64,000 nucleotides of DNA, taken from contig CAWCYD010000003.1 of assembly GCA_963799775.1 (NCBI GenBank), positions 576,001 to 640,000 on the forward strand, written 5' to 3'. This DNA is from an uncultured archaeon. GTDB lineage: Archaea; Thermoproteota; Nitrososphaeria; Nitrososphaerales; Gagatemarchaeaceae. Positions within the stretch are counted from its first letter, which is position 1. Every line of letters begins with the position of its first letter. Made by a program: the position numbers and the translations under genes. This document shows positions 48,153-57,518 of the stretch, in pieces. The notes below the pieces were generated by a model, which did no database searches, was not told the DNA's origin, and saw nothing but the letters and a program-made list of their open reading frames with translations.

Positions 48153-48617
48153 CTACCCTGACCTCCCTGCAATTATTGCGAACGTGAAAGTACCCCCATC
48201 TGTGGTTACGACTCTGACTATATGTGACGTTCCAGAAGTCTGAGCCGAAACGGTCAATATTACAGCTTCGTACTGCCCTGCGGTGCAAGTTGCACCTCCG
48301 CAAGTCCCAGTCGAATAGTTGGGGACAGCCGTGCAGGTTAGCCCACTCGCTTGACAGAGGTTTCCATCGACGTAGATCTGGTTGATAGTTATCGACGTGC
48401 TGCCCACATTGCGAAGAACTATCGTCGGGTTGGCCGTAGAGTAGGTATAGGCGTCCATCGAGATTTGATCGGCCAGCTGCTGCCCGCCCTGTTGGGTGAG
48501 ATTGCCTGATATGCTATTTACGAAAACATAGACAATGATACCTGCCGCAACGGCTATTGCGATAAGAAGCAACGTCGCTATGATAGGTGAGACGGCTCTT
48601 CGTCTCGTGAATCGCAT
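48153..48617 (-). CDS. Archaeal type IV pilin (family B)
   Basis: MRFTRRRA/VSPIIATLLL; C-terminus AGRSG. Confidence 0.92.
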   Translation of the reverse strand: MRFTRRRAVSPIIATLLLIAIAVAAGIIVYVFVNSISGNLTQQGGQQLADQISMDAYTYSTANPTIVLRNVGSTSITINQIYVDGNLCQASGLTCTAVPNYSTGTCGGATCTAGQYEAVILTVSAQTSGTSHIVRVVTTDGGTFTFAIIAGRSG

Positions 48618-48640
48618 ATTGCTTGAGGACCGTTCGACGA

Positions 48641-48667
48641 TATATAACGAGCCGGAACAACTTGTTC
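48641..48667 (-). promoter_or_regulatory. TATA box plus perfect palindrome GAACAA-C-TTGTTC
   Basis: TTATATA about 25 bp upstream of ATG; palindrome 7 bp further upstream. Confidence 0.65.
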
Positions 48668-48701
48668 AGGTTTGGCCAATCCGAGATTGGAGGGGCTAGT
48701 C

Positions 48702-51537
48702 CTACCGCCGCTTCTTGTCCTTCTTGACTTCCAAAGCGAACAAGCTTAGGCCGACCCCGACTACAGACCCGGTGGTCACTGCGAAGGCAGCCTTCTGGTC
48801 CGCATCCCCGTTATTGCTGGAGACGTAGATTTCGAAGTTGCCAACGCTCGAGTGATGAGAGGAATCCGCCGCATATGTGCCTGTCACGGTGATCGGTCCA
48901 GTGGCCGACGGCGTGTACCTCATGTTGCATTGAATTTGCCCGTTGTTCTCACCATTGTCATGGGGCCCTCCTTGGTTGTTGCAATTCGAGTTGGAGATGG
49001 TGCCATGATCGGTCGTAGTCCAGGTCACCGTTCCGGTCAGGGGGCCTCCGTCACCGTCACTGACCGTGGCGTGGCAGTTGGTGCTCTGCCCCTGCTGAAG
49101 ATAGACCTGGTCACACGTCACCGACGTTCCCGTGTCGTGGTTGTTCGTGGTGCCGACGAACACCACCAGCGTTCCTGTGCTCGAGGAGTGGTATGGGTCG
49201 CCCGAATAGGTGGCGCTCAAGTCCTGCTCACCTGAGGATGAGGGAGTGAAGTCTGCCTGGCACTGAAGCTGCCCGTTGTTCTGCCACCCAGGCTGGTCAG
49301 GCCCGTTGCAGTCGATGTTGCTGAACGAGGCGCTCGGGCTCCAGGCGACCGTTCCTGAGGCTGAGCCTCCGTCTGCGGTGAACACGTCGTCGGTGCAATG
49401 CAGCTTTTGGTTCTGCTGAACACTGTTGCCCCCTCCGTCGCAGGTCAGCGAGGAAGACGTCGGGACCGCGGCCTGGCCTGACGTGGTCGTCGTTAAGGTT
49501 GACGTGACCAGTGTGGTCGAACTGATTGTCTGAGTCGCTGTCGTCGTCGTGGTTGCGGTCTGGGTGATTGTAGTCGTGGAGGTATGAGCGGATGAGACCG
49601 ATGAGGCGACAGACGATGACACTGCTGAGGAAACAGAGGACGAGACCGATGTCGACACTGAAGATGAGACGGACGTAGAAACTGTAGAGGATACCGTGTG
49701 CGACACAGAAGATGAAACTGCGGTCGAAACCGAAGAAGAGACCGCTGATGAGACTGACGTTGAGACCGAAGTTGACACCGAGGATGAGACTGACGACGAC
49801 ACGGACGATTGGATCGAGGGTTGGTAATTGAAATTCATGATTGTCGGGCCGGTGACGGTTCCCGAAGTTGTAGTATAGGTCTCACAAGTGGTCGACCCAC
49901 TTGTCAACGTACTCGGCACGCTCCAAGTTGCACCAGCATCAAGGTAGTAGGGAGTAGGCGTCGTCGTGAGAGGTGTGGAGTAAGCTTTCCCCAACTGGGT
50001 CGAAGTCAATGTTGGAGCTGGCGCGTTCGAACAGCCTGAAGACAGCGAATAGGACGCTGTGAACGAATACTCGTAGTATACGCTGTTAGTGTGTGGATCC
50101 GGGGAAGTTGTGCCAGTGGTGTAGGTCCACGTGGTGGAGCCGTCCGCGAAACGGTACTCGGTATAGGACGTGTCGGGCGGCACAGAGATGCTGAGAAGAC
50201 AACTCTGATCTACGTAGAAGTTGTGCTGAGCACCGTCCATCGCAACCGAAGAAGCCGTGGTATCGCATCCAGAGACGCTGGCGGAGGCCGGACTCGCGAA
50301 GTTCTTGTTGGAGATTGTGACCTGTTCCTGTATCGCGGGCAGGGTCGAGGCCGCGGAGAACATGATGGTGTACTCTGTGGGAGTCGTGGTCAGCCATACG
50401 GCCATCACCTCCCTCGAAGGGTTTGTCGAGGCGGCCAGGCTGGCGCCCACGATGTCTATGCCCGTTTCGCCGCTGGCTATCCGAGAGGCAGTGGAGAACG
50501 TCAAACCCCCGTTCGTTGACTGCTCGTAGTAAATACTAGTACCGCCTGTCGCGTAGAACAGGTCTAGAATGTTGTTGGGTTGATCTGCAGTGATCGAACA
50601 TGAGGTCCCCAGAGGAAGCGACAGTGCTGAGAGTCCCCCACGTTCCTCCTACATAGTTGTATACGACGAACCAAACCGAGCCGCCGTCCGAGGCGCAGTA
50701 CTGTATGTTGTCACCCAGAGCGACGGCGGTCGAGAACTGAGGCGCCACGGAGGTGCTCGCGGGGGCCGGAACCGATGCCCCTTTGTGCCAAGCTGAACCG
50801 TCGAATGTCTCCAAGTTTCCGGGGCTTGTGTCATCTCCGGAGAGAAGAGCCATCTTGCCCGCAGTCAGAGAAACAAGCTGCGGGATTGGAGACCCTGATG
50901 TATCAGTCACCTGCGCGGTTGGCCAGGATATCCAGACGCCGCCGACCTTCTCGAACACCTCGTTAAACGAAGTGCCCGACAGGCTCTGGGTTTGAACGGC
51001 CACCCACACGTTCCCGCTGCTGTCCAATGCAATTGTCGGTGCGTTCACCGTGAATCCAACCGTCTGAACTGAGGTCTCAGAATTCCAGGATATGCTTCCG
51101 TCTGAATTCAGTGTTCCAGAATTGAAGTAGAAATGCTGGTCACTGCCCGAGTCCATTCCCCCGGCATAATAGACCAGACCGCTCAAACAGTCGAAGGCGA
51201 TGTTGCTCTTATGGGTGGTCGGGGCGGGAATCGCTGAAACAGGAAACGCTCCGTTTGATATCCAGGTAACCCCATCAGTGCTGGACTTCCAAGCCCAGCT
51301 CGAGCTTGAGGTCTCGTAAAAGAAGGCCCAGTACCGCCCACTGCTTCCGCAAGTGAAACCATCGTACGAGTAGCCCAAGGCTTGCGCATTTCCCGTGGTC
51401 CCAACGGTGCTTGTGGCTATCGCTTGCCCCCGAGCAGGAAACAAATCGAGGATCGGCAGCGTGGTTGCCGCTGAAAGCAAGAATAACAGCAGGATTTTAG
51501 ACCAAGACTTGTAGAATTTGCGCGAATTCTGCTTCAT
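48702..51537 (-). CDS. Large membrane-anchored S/T-rich surface protein (propeller-like, stalk and Ig-like domains), frameshifts near 50520-50600
   Basis: Signal peptide in ORF 50536..51537; SSTDGVTW Asp-box-like motif; SSVS stalk; C-terminal TM plus KKDKKRR in ORF 48702..50504. Confidence 0.8.
49590..49810 (-). repeat. 12-bp period coding repeat (SSVS/STSV)
   Basis: Low-complexity Ser/Val stalk with degenerate third positions. Confidence 0.8.
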
Positions 51538-51546
51538 GATAAGCGC

Positions 51547-51565
51547 TATGGATTTGAAATCTATG
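51547..51565. promoter_or_regulatory. 19-bp palindrome TATGGATTTGAAATCTATG upstream of surface protein
   Basis: Matches the 12960-12978 motif. Confidence 0.55.
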
Positions 51566-51645
51566 ATTCTCTTATGTAGGCATTTTGGCCGAATTCCAGA
51601 ATTTGGAATAAACCAAGTATTTTCGCATGAAAGTTAGGCAATTTC

Positions 51646-52248
51646 CTAGCCGCTAATGCCTGAGGTGACAGTAAAGACGTTGACGGCGCCCGTTGTACTC
51701 ACAACCTTCACGGTGTGTCCCGTACCGTAGGCGATGGGACTGCTGAACGTGATGACGACCTGCCCGACGTCCTCGACGCTGTAAGACGTCTTTGGTGTCG
51801 TCGATGTGAAGCATATCGACGTAGGGGACCCCGCTGTGCTCGTGCAGGCTGCGTTCGCGTAGTCGTTGACAAGGGTTGTCGAAGGCGCGGTGTATGCTTG
51901 ATCGTTCAAGCCTGCGAGGGATACGTCGGGACCGAGGAAAGGAGCGGACTGCAACGCCAATAGAGTACCGTCAAAGTAGACCGCAGAGATTTTCGTGATA
52001 GCTGGTCCCGGATTGAAGAGGAATATCTGCAACACATACTGAGCGCAACCACAGGCACCTGGGCTCAGGGCAAAGTTGTAGGACTGGATCGTCAGCTTCT
52101 CGGTCACCGGCTGCCCTCCGTTCTGCGTGAGGTTCCCAGCCAGTCCTCCGACGAAGACGTAGACGATTATTGCGGCTGCCACAGATATCGCTATCAGGAG
52201 CAGAGTAGCCACGATTACCGATACCCCTGGCCTGCCCTCAGATCGCAT
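51646..52248 (-). CDS. Archaeal type IV pilin (family B)
   Basis: MRSEGRPG/VSVIVATLLLIAISVAAA; C-terminus GTGHTVKVVSTTG. Confidence 0.9.
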   Translation of the reverse strand: MRSEGRPGVSVIVATLLLIAISVAAAIIVYVFVGGLAGNLTQNGGQPVTEKLTIQSYNFALSPGACGCAQYVLQIFLFNPGPAITKISAVYFDGTLLALQSAPFLGPDVSLAGLNDQAYTAPSTTLVNDYANAACTSTAGSPTSICFTSTTPKTSYSVEDVGQVVITFSSPIAYGTGHTVKVVSTTGAVNVFTVTSGISG

Positions 52249-52371
52249 CTTCGAGGGGCTTCTCACCTCGCTCTGGATATATCGGTTGCGAACGAAGGAT
52301 TCACCGCCGCCTTCGACAGACCTTCGCCTCGGGCGTCGGCGGCCTCTTCGTCCCGGAGGCATATCGGGGTT

Positions 52372-52745
52372 TTATCTGCTGATCGATACCGTCCTTCCGG
52401 GACCGTCCAAAGTCGTCACGAAACTCTCCATGAAATGCCTTCCCGCCAGGGTTCGGCCAAGCGAAGGCGGGCATGGATCATCACCTCGAGTTCGTGCGAG
52501 CCTGGTCTGACCATCTTCCTCGAAGTGAACAGGGGAAGGCTCCTCGAGTCAGGGATCACCGCATAGTACTCATCGCTCCAGATGTCGTTGAGGAGCCCCA
52601 GGGATGGGAATGTTGAGAAAGGGATGACGATGCCGCCGTCGAACCCAGAATCCAAAACGCACTCGAGCGATAGCCCGAGAAGGTCGACCTTGACCACGGG
52701 CGCAGCCGGGAGATACCTATCGCTGTAGGGCCATCTCTGGTCCAA
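52372..52745 (-). CDS. Clan AA aspartic protease, paralog of 43042..43420, frameshift near 52470
   Basis: PAAPVV, VLDSGFDG; corrected tail LAGRHFMESFVTTLDGPGRTVSISR*. Confidence 0.8.
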
Positions 52746-52840
52746 GGTTTAGCTCGTGCCTCTCGGGAGCGTGTTCAATTCGGAACGTCATAGCGAGCCG
52801 GAATCTGGAGGCCGTGCTCCGCGCCGCTTCATATTCACTG
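52720..52840 (-). pseudogene. 3' remnant of the DUF5678-like partner gene
   Basis: EYEAARSTASRFRLAMTFRIEHAPERHELNLGPEMAL matches the C-terminus of 42685..43065. Confidence 0.8.
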
Positions 52841-52906
52841 CGATGGCTGGGTTGTAGTGGAACTTCATCCTACTTCTTTTCGATGTTTGAAAATACTTTT
52901 AGCTTA

Positions 52907-52926
52907 CGTAACATCTGCATGTTACG
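52907..52926. promoter_or_regulatory. Perfect 8-4-8 palindrome, probable TA autoregulatory operator
   Basis: CGTAACAT-CTGC-ATGTTACG immediately before the antitoxin ATG. Confidence 0.65.
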
Positions 52927-52929
52927 CAT

Positions 52930-53205
52930 ATGGAAATCCTCAACGTCAAAGTCGAAAAGGAGACCAAGGAGAAGATAGAAAGGATTGTCAGGTCCAAGGG
53001 CTACAAGAACAGGAGTGAGGCGGTAAGGGGGATAATTGAAGACCACTTCGCTGAGCACCCAGAGCTGTTCGCCGGCGACGACATCGCCCCGCTTTTAGCG
53101 CAGGCAGACGAACTCTCCGACTCGGACTTCGACCGATTGGCCGCCGAGGTCTTCAAGGGCTCGAATACGGCGGCCGAGCTCGTCGCAGAAGGAAGAGAAA
53201 GGTGA
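52930..53205 (+). CDS. RHH/CopG antitoxin
   Basis: ILNVKVE..GYKNRSEAVRGII; ELVAEGRER tail. Confidence 0.88.
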   Translation: MEILNVKVEKETKEKIERIVRSKGYKNRSEAVRGIIEDHFAEHPELFAGDDIAPLLAQADELSDSDFDRLAAEVFKGSNTAAELVAEGRER

Positions 53206-53208
53206 GGC

Positions 53209-53757
53209 ATGAAGCAGTTCTACATGGATACGAACGTATTCATTGCAAGTCTCAAACGCGATGACCCGTTTCACTCGGAGGCGAGGACTATGGCCAAGAG
53301 CATGAATGAAAGGCAAGTTAGGGCGGTCACTTCTGTCTTCACTCTTCTTGAGGTCGCGTCGGTCTCCGGCAGGCTCTACGGCTCCGGGCCGAAGGGATTC
53401 AAGTCAGCAACCAGGCAGGTTTTCATCATCAAGACACTAAAGAGGCTGGCGGCGCTCAATCCGGAGCTCATCAACATCGCGGGCGACGTTCCGGTGGGCG
53501 TTAAGGGGATTGACATAATCCTACCGAGCATCTTTAACGAGTCGATTCTATTGAGCCTTAAGACCGCTGTGAGGAGCCTCGACCTGATCCACCTGACGGC
53601 CGCGAGGCATGCAAAGCGAGCGAACGTTGAGCTTGGAGCGTTCGTCACTGGAGACAATGAACTCCTCTCAAGGAAGAAGGAACTCTCAGACATCATCGCG
53701 ATGCCGATTCTATCGCCGGCCGAGTACGTAAAAGCGGTAGGTCTGACCTCGCGTTAA
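53209..53757 (+). CDS. vapC: PIN-domain toxin (VapC)
   Basis: YMDTNVF, TLLEV, RSLDLIHL, FVTGD. Confidence 0.9.
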   Translation: MKQFYMDTNVFIASLKRDDPFHSEARTMAKSMNERQVRAVTSVFTLLEVASVSGRLYGSGPKGFKSATRQVFIIKTLKRLAALNPELINIAGDVPVGVKGIDIILPSIFNESILLSLKTAVRSLDLIHLTAARHAKRANVELGAFVTGDNELLSRKKELSDIIAMPILSPAEYVKAVGLTSR

Positions 53758-53809
53758 CAGGCGAACACGCGGTGGCGCGAGTATCCGACCCCACCAGCCG
53801 TGCTCCTTC

Positions 53810-53955
53810 TGCACCCGTCGTAGCTACCCACGATGGGTTTGCCCGAGAGACCCGTCACGAACGGAGATTCTCTCCGCCGCCACGAATGATATCGCAATAC
53901 CCCAGGAGCAGCGTTATCATGATGACCGGACCCCCGTCTTTCTTCGGAACTTCAT
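53810..53955 (-). pseudogene. Decayed 5' end of a family-B pilin
   Basis: With indels reads MKFRRKTGV-VIMITLLL-IAISFVAA..FVTGLSG; ATG lies 1 bp after the giant pilin stop. Confidence 0.6.
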
Positions 53956-53956
53956 C

Positions 53957-56900
53957 CTAGGGAAGCTCCACGACCGAGATCTGCGGGTTTGCGTACGTCC
54001 AGGCATCAGTACCAGTGGTACCACCGTCCGTCACGCGAAGGTCGAACCAGTACGTGGTCCCGGGGGAGAGCCCCACCAGCGATGCACTCACGGACTCTAC
54101 GATTTCTGCGTTGCGGGCTCCTCCTGGTGTCCCAACAGCTTGCGTGTACGTGTTCCCGATTACCGTCCCAGTCGAGGCAGCAGCACAGATGGACGCGGTC
54201 GGAGGGGTGCCTGTCCCATAGACCCAATTCCAGGTGCTCGTGTCACCTGCGGTAGTGGCGTCGACAATGTTGAAAGTCAGGTCCACCTGTATGTTCCCCG
54301 AACCGTAGGATGTGGTGGTGTACTGCATATCGTTGCTCACCGCCCCCGACACGCGGGAGAACCCCATCATCTCGGTGGTGGTCGTGATTGGCGAGCAAGT
54401 GTTGGTGTTCGACGAGAACTCAGTATTGCTATGGACGAAATCGGGCGGCATTATGTCCATTACCGCCAAGGCAGGGTTGGAGTAGGTCCAGACCCCTGTG
54501 GTCGAGTCCGTCGCTTGGACATCGAACCAGTACTGGGTGCCCCTCGTAAGACCGGTGAGCACGAACCCTATGGTCTGCCCCATCCCGCCCACGACGGCCG
54601 CCTCGGTGTCGATGGTGTACTGGTTGCCAACGGTCGTGCCGGTGGCGGCCGCGTTGCACGCAGGTGGGGCGCCGGTCCCATAGACGACCTGCCACTTGCT
54701 GTTCAGGCTCGCGGTCGCCGGGCTGGCCACCTTGAAGGTCAGAGCGGCGAAGATGCTGCCGGTCGACGAAGAAAGGGTGGTGTAAGTGGCGCCGAAGCCT
54801 GCCATCCCGTTGGCGGCAGTGTTGCGCCCGCATGAGTTCGCACTGAAGTTGAAACCCACGTTGGGAGAAAGGCTCTCCGCACCGGGCATCTGGGCCACCG
54901 CGAGGGTCGGATTGGTGTATATCCAGCTTGCGGCGCTGGAATCTGTGACCTGGACGTCGAACCAGTATGTCGTGCTCGAAGCCAGGTTGGGGATGACGAC
55001 GCTCTCGCTCTGGCCCATCTGCAGGGCCACGGCGGCCTCAGTGCTTACCTCGTACTGGTCGCCGACCGTCGTTCCCGTGGAGGCAGCATCGCAAGCGGGA
55101 GCGGTTCCAGTGCCGTAGGCGATCCTCCACTGAGAGTTGATGCCCGACGTCGCTGGCGACTGCACCCCCATGCTGAGCGTGAGGTAGAGGTTACCGTCGA
55201 AGCTCGTCCCGCCGGTCGTGTAGGTGGCCGCGAGGCCGCCCATCTCCGTCCCCGCGAACGAGATCGTGCACGTGTTCGTGTTGGACGAATAGCCGAGCTG
55301 CGGGGCCGTCAGCGCAGTCGTGAGCACATCGGTCACGGAGAGGGAGGGCAGCGAGTAGACCCACCCGCCCGCAGTGGAATCCACGACTTGGACGTCGAAC
55401 CAATACGTCGTGCTGGCAGACAGGCCGGTTATCGTCACGCCTACGGACTGGCTTGTGCCCAGCACCACGGCCGCCTCAGTGCTGACCGTGTACTGCTCTC
55501 CCGAAAGCGTCCCAGTGGCCGCAGAGTTGCATGCGGGAGCGGTCCCTGTCCCATAGGCGAGCTCCCACTTTGAGTTGATCCCGCTCACCGCGGGCGAGGC
55601 GACGTTGAATGTGAGAACGACGTAGATGCCCCCCGTGGAGGAGGCGCTCGTTTTGTAGGTGGCGCCCAAGCCCATCATCAATGCGGTCCCAGAGGTGACA
55701 TCGGTGCACGTGTTCGCGTTGGAAGTGAAGCTCACGGCCGGGGACTCGTCGGACGGCGCAGAACAAAGCTGAGCTGGCGAAATCTCGGTCAAGAACTGCC
55801 CCGTTGAGCACGCGGTCGATGTCCCGGGCAGTGTCGTGGCGGTGGTCTGAGCCTGCACGCCGGTGTCCGTGCTGATGGTGACAAGGTAGCTCGTCGACGC
55901 TGTCCAGATGAAGCGGAACGGGATGACCATCGTGCCGCCTTGTCCCACCCAGTAATCAAAGTCCTCGGTCGAGTTGTAATACCAGTGGGCGACAAGCGTG
56001 TTCGTCCCTGAGTTGTAAACATAGAGGTCGACCACGTGGACTGCGAACGGGCTGCTGTTTGAGACGGTCAGCGTCGAGAGCGCAGCGAACCTGATGTTGA
56101 ACGCCGCCCCGGCGCCGGTCCAAGTTATGGCCATCGCGTTGTCAGCCGGCGCTAGGCCGTTTATCGCCGATTCGGACGACTCGAGAGTTATCGCCTGGCT
56201 CCAGCTGCCGCTGGCACCGAGCAGACTGCTGGTGTAGTATTGGATCGAGGCGGAGGTGGGGTTGTCGAACAGGGCGAGCGTGGTCCCGGAGGAGGTCAGC
56301 GCCGCCTGCCAGGCCACCGAGGTCGTGCTCTCGATCACCACTTCGACGGAGTTAGCTGGGCTGTTCAGAGCGACGATGTTCGGAGAGGTGTACGTGAATG
56401 GCAAGGTCCAGAACCGTAGCTCTCCCGTGGTCGCGCCGGTCGCTGTCCCCGCGAGGCCTGCGAAGTAGAACGTGTTGCTGATGAAGAGGGCAGAAGAAGA
56501 AGTCAGAGAGTAGTCGACGTAGCCTCCCGACAGAGTCAAGGTGATGGTCTGCCATGTCGTGGACGCGAGAGTGGCTTGCGTGACCATCGTCAAGGACCCG
56601 GTCGACGGGTTCGTGGCGCTGCCCGTCTCGTACATCAGCACCACCCCTTGCGAGTTCACCGTGCTCGGGACAGGCTCGAAGATGGTGTGGACGTTCGCGC
56701 TCAGGCCGGTGAATGTGCCTGCGTAGTTCGACGGTGCGCCACTGCTTGAACAGGCGTTAGGCTCCCATCCGTTCGCCGCCGAAGTACCGGACGAGCAGGG
56801 TAACCTCTCATAGACGCCGATCGCGTAGGGACTCGCCCCAACGACTATCGCGACCCACTGGTTCCCGGCGGCGTCGACCGCCATGTTGATCGGCCCGAAG

Positions 56901-57517
56901 GCGACCCCCGAGGCCGCGATCGTGGCTACCTGGGCAGGAAGGCTCGTCCATGATAAGATCCCACCCGGAGCGGAGTTCGTCCCCCCGGCGGTCAGGGTGC
57001 CGACGCCGAATTGAAAGTCGCTCGACCCTACCTTAGCTATCGCAAGGTAGAGGGTCGTTCCCGAGACCTCGACATCGAAATACGGCCCGACAGTGTAGCC
57101 CGCGACCAAGCTGGGAATGGTGATGGGAGGATTCCACGTCACCCCGTCGAACGAGCTGGAGTACTGATAGTTGCTGTTGCAGGTGAAGAATTCCCACCAC
57201 ATGCCAGAGACGTAGAAGAGTTTCTGCCGATTGGAGGGGTAGGTGGCCTGCGAATTGCAAGTGTTCGGGCTCGAGACGACGTTGTAGTTCGAAGTCGTCG
57301 ACGGCGGGTAGGCACCGAACGTCTCGCCGGTGATCGAGAGCTTTGTGGTCGCGATCTGGTTCTGGGCATTGCTGGCCTTGTTCACCGCAGAGTTGTAGTT
57401 GGTGAAGGAGTTGAAGATGGTCACAAGCGACCCTATCGCGACCACCATGATCAGCACGAAGAAGATTGACCCGACTATCGATGAGACTCCCTTCCGTCTG
57501 CGGTCGAGAAAACGCAA
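53957..57517 (-). CDS. Giant pilin-like adhesin (class III signal, propeller-like domain, 4 repeats)
   Basis: RRRKG/VSSIVGSIFF; SSFDGVTW; repeats with YGTGTAPAC..YWFD. Confidence 0.88.
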   Translation of the reverse strand: MRFLDRRRKGVSSIVGSIFFVLIMVVAIGSLVTIFNSFTNYNSAVNKASNAQNQIATTKLSITGETFGAYPPSTTSNYNVVSSPNTCNSQATYPSNRQKLFYVSGMWWEFFTCNSNYQYSSSFDGVTWNPPITIPSLVAGYTVGPYFDVEVSGTTLYLAIAKVGSSDFQFGVGTLTAGGTNSAPGGILSWTSLPAQVATIAASGVAFGPINMAVDAAGNQWVAIVVGASPYAIGVYERLPCSSGTSAANGWEPNACSSSGAPSNYAGTFTGLSANVHTIFEPVPSTVNSQGVVLMYETGSATNPSTGSLTMVTQATLASTTWQTITLTLSGGYVDYSLTSSSALFISNTFYFAGLAGTATGATTGELRFWTLPFTYTSPNIVALNSPANSVEVVIESTTSVAWQAALTSSGTTLALFDNPTSASIQYYTSSLLGASGSWSQAITLESSESAINGLAPADNAMAITWTGAGAAFNIRFAALSTLTVSNSSPFAVHVVDLYVYNSGTNTLVAHWYYNSTEDFDYWVGQGGTMVIPFRFIWTASTSYLVTISTDTGVQAQTTATTLPGTSTACSTGQFLTEISPAQLCSAPSDESPAVSFTSNANTCTDVTSGTALMMGLGATYKTSASSTGGIYVVLTFNVASPAVSGINSKWELAYGTGTAPACNSAATGTLSGEQYTVSTEAAVVLGTSQSVGVTITGLSASTTYWFDVQVVDSTAGGWVYSLPSLSVTDVLTTALTAPQLGYSSNTNTCTISFAGTEMGGLAATYTTGGTSFDGNLYLTLSMGVQSPATSGINSQWRIAYGTGTAPACDAASTGTTVGDQYEVSTEAAVALQMGQSESVVIPNLASSTTYWFDVQVTDSSAASWIYTNPTLAVAQMPGAESLSPNVGFNFSANSCGRNTAANGMAGFGATYTTLSSSTGSIFAALTFKVASPATASLNSKWQVVYGTGAPPACNAAATGTTVGNQYTIDTEAAVVGGMGQTIGFVLTGLTRGTQYWFDVQATDSTTGVWTYSNPALAVMDIMPPDFVHSNTEFSSNTNTCSPITTTTEMMGFSRVSGAVSNDMQYTTTSYGSGNIQVDLTFNIVDATTAGDTSTWNWVYGTGTPPTASICAAASTGTVIGNTYTQAVGTPGGARNAEIVESVSASLVGLSPGTTYWFDLRVTDGGTTGTDAWTYANPQISVVELP
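53960..55745 (-). repeat. Four ~145-160-aa tandem domains
   Basis: YWFD motifs near 54047, 54527, 54962 and 55400. Confidence 0.85.
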
Positions 57518-57518
57518 G

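Noticed and set aside
49590-49810. CRISPR-like or non-coding repeat array
   Set aside because: 12-bp degenerate period with no spacers, in frame within a Ser/Val-rich stalk.
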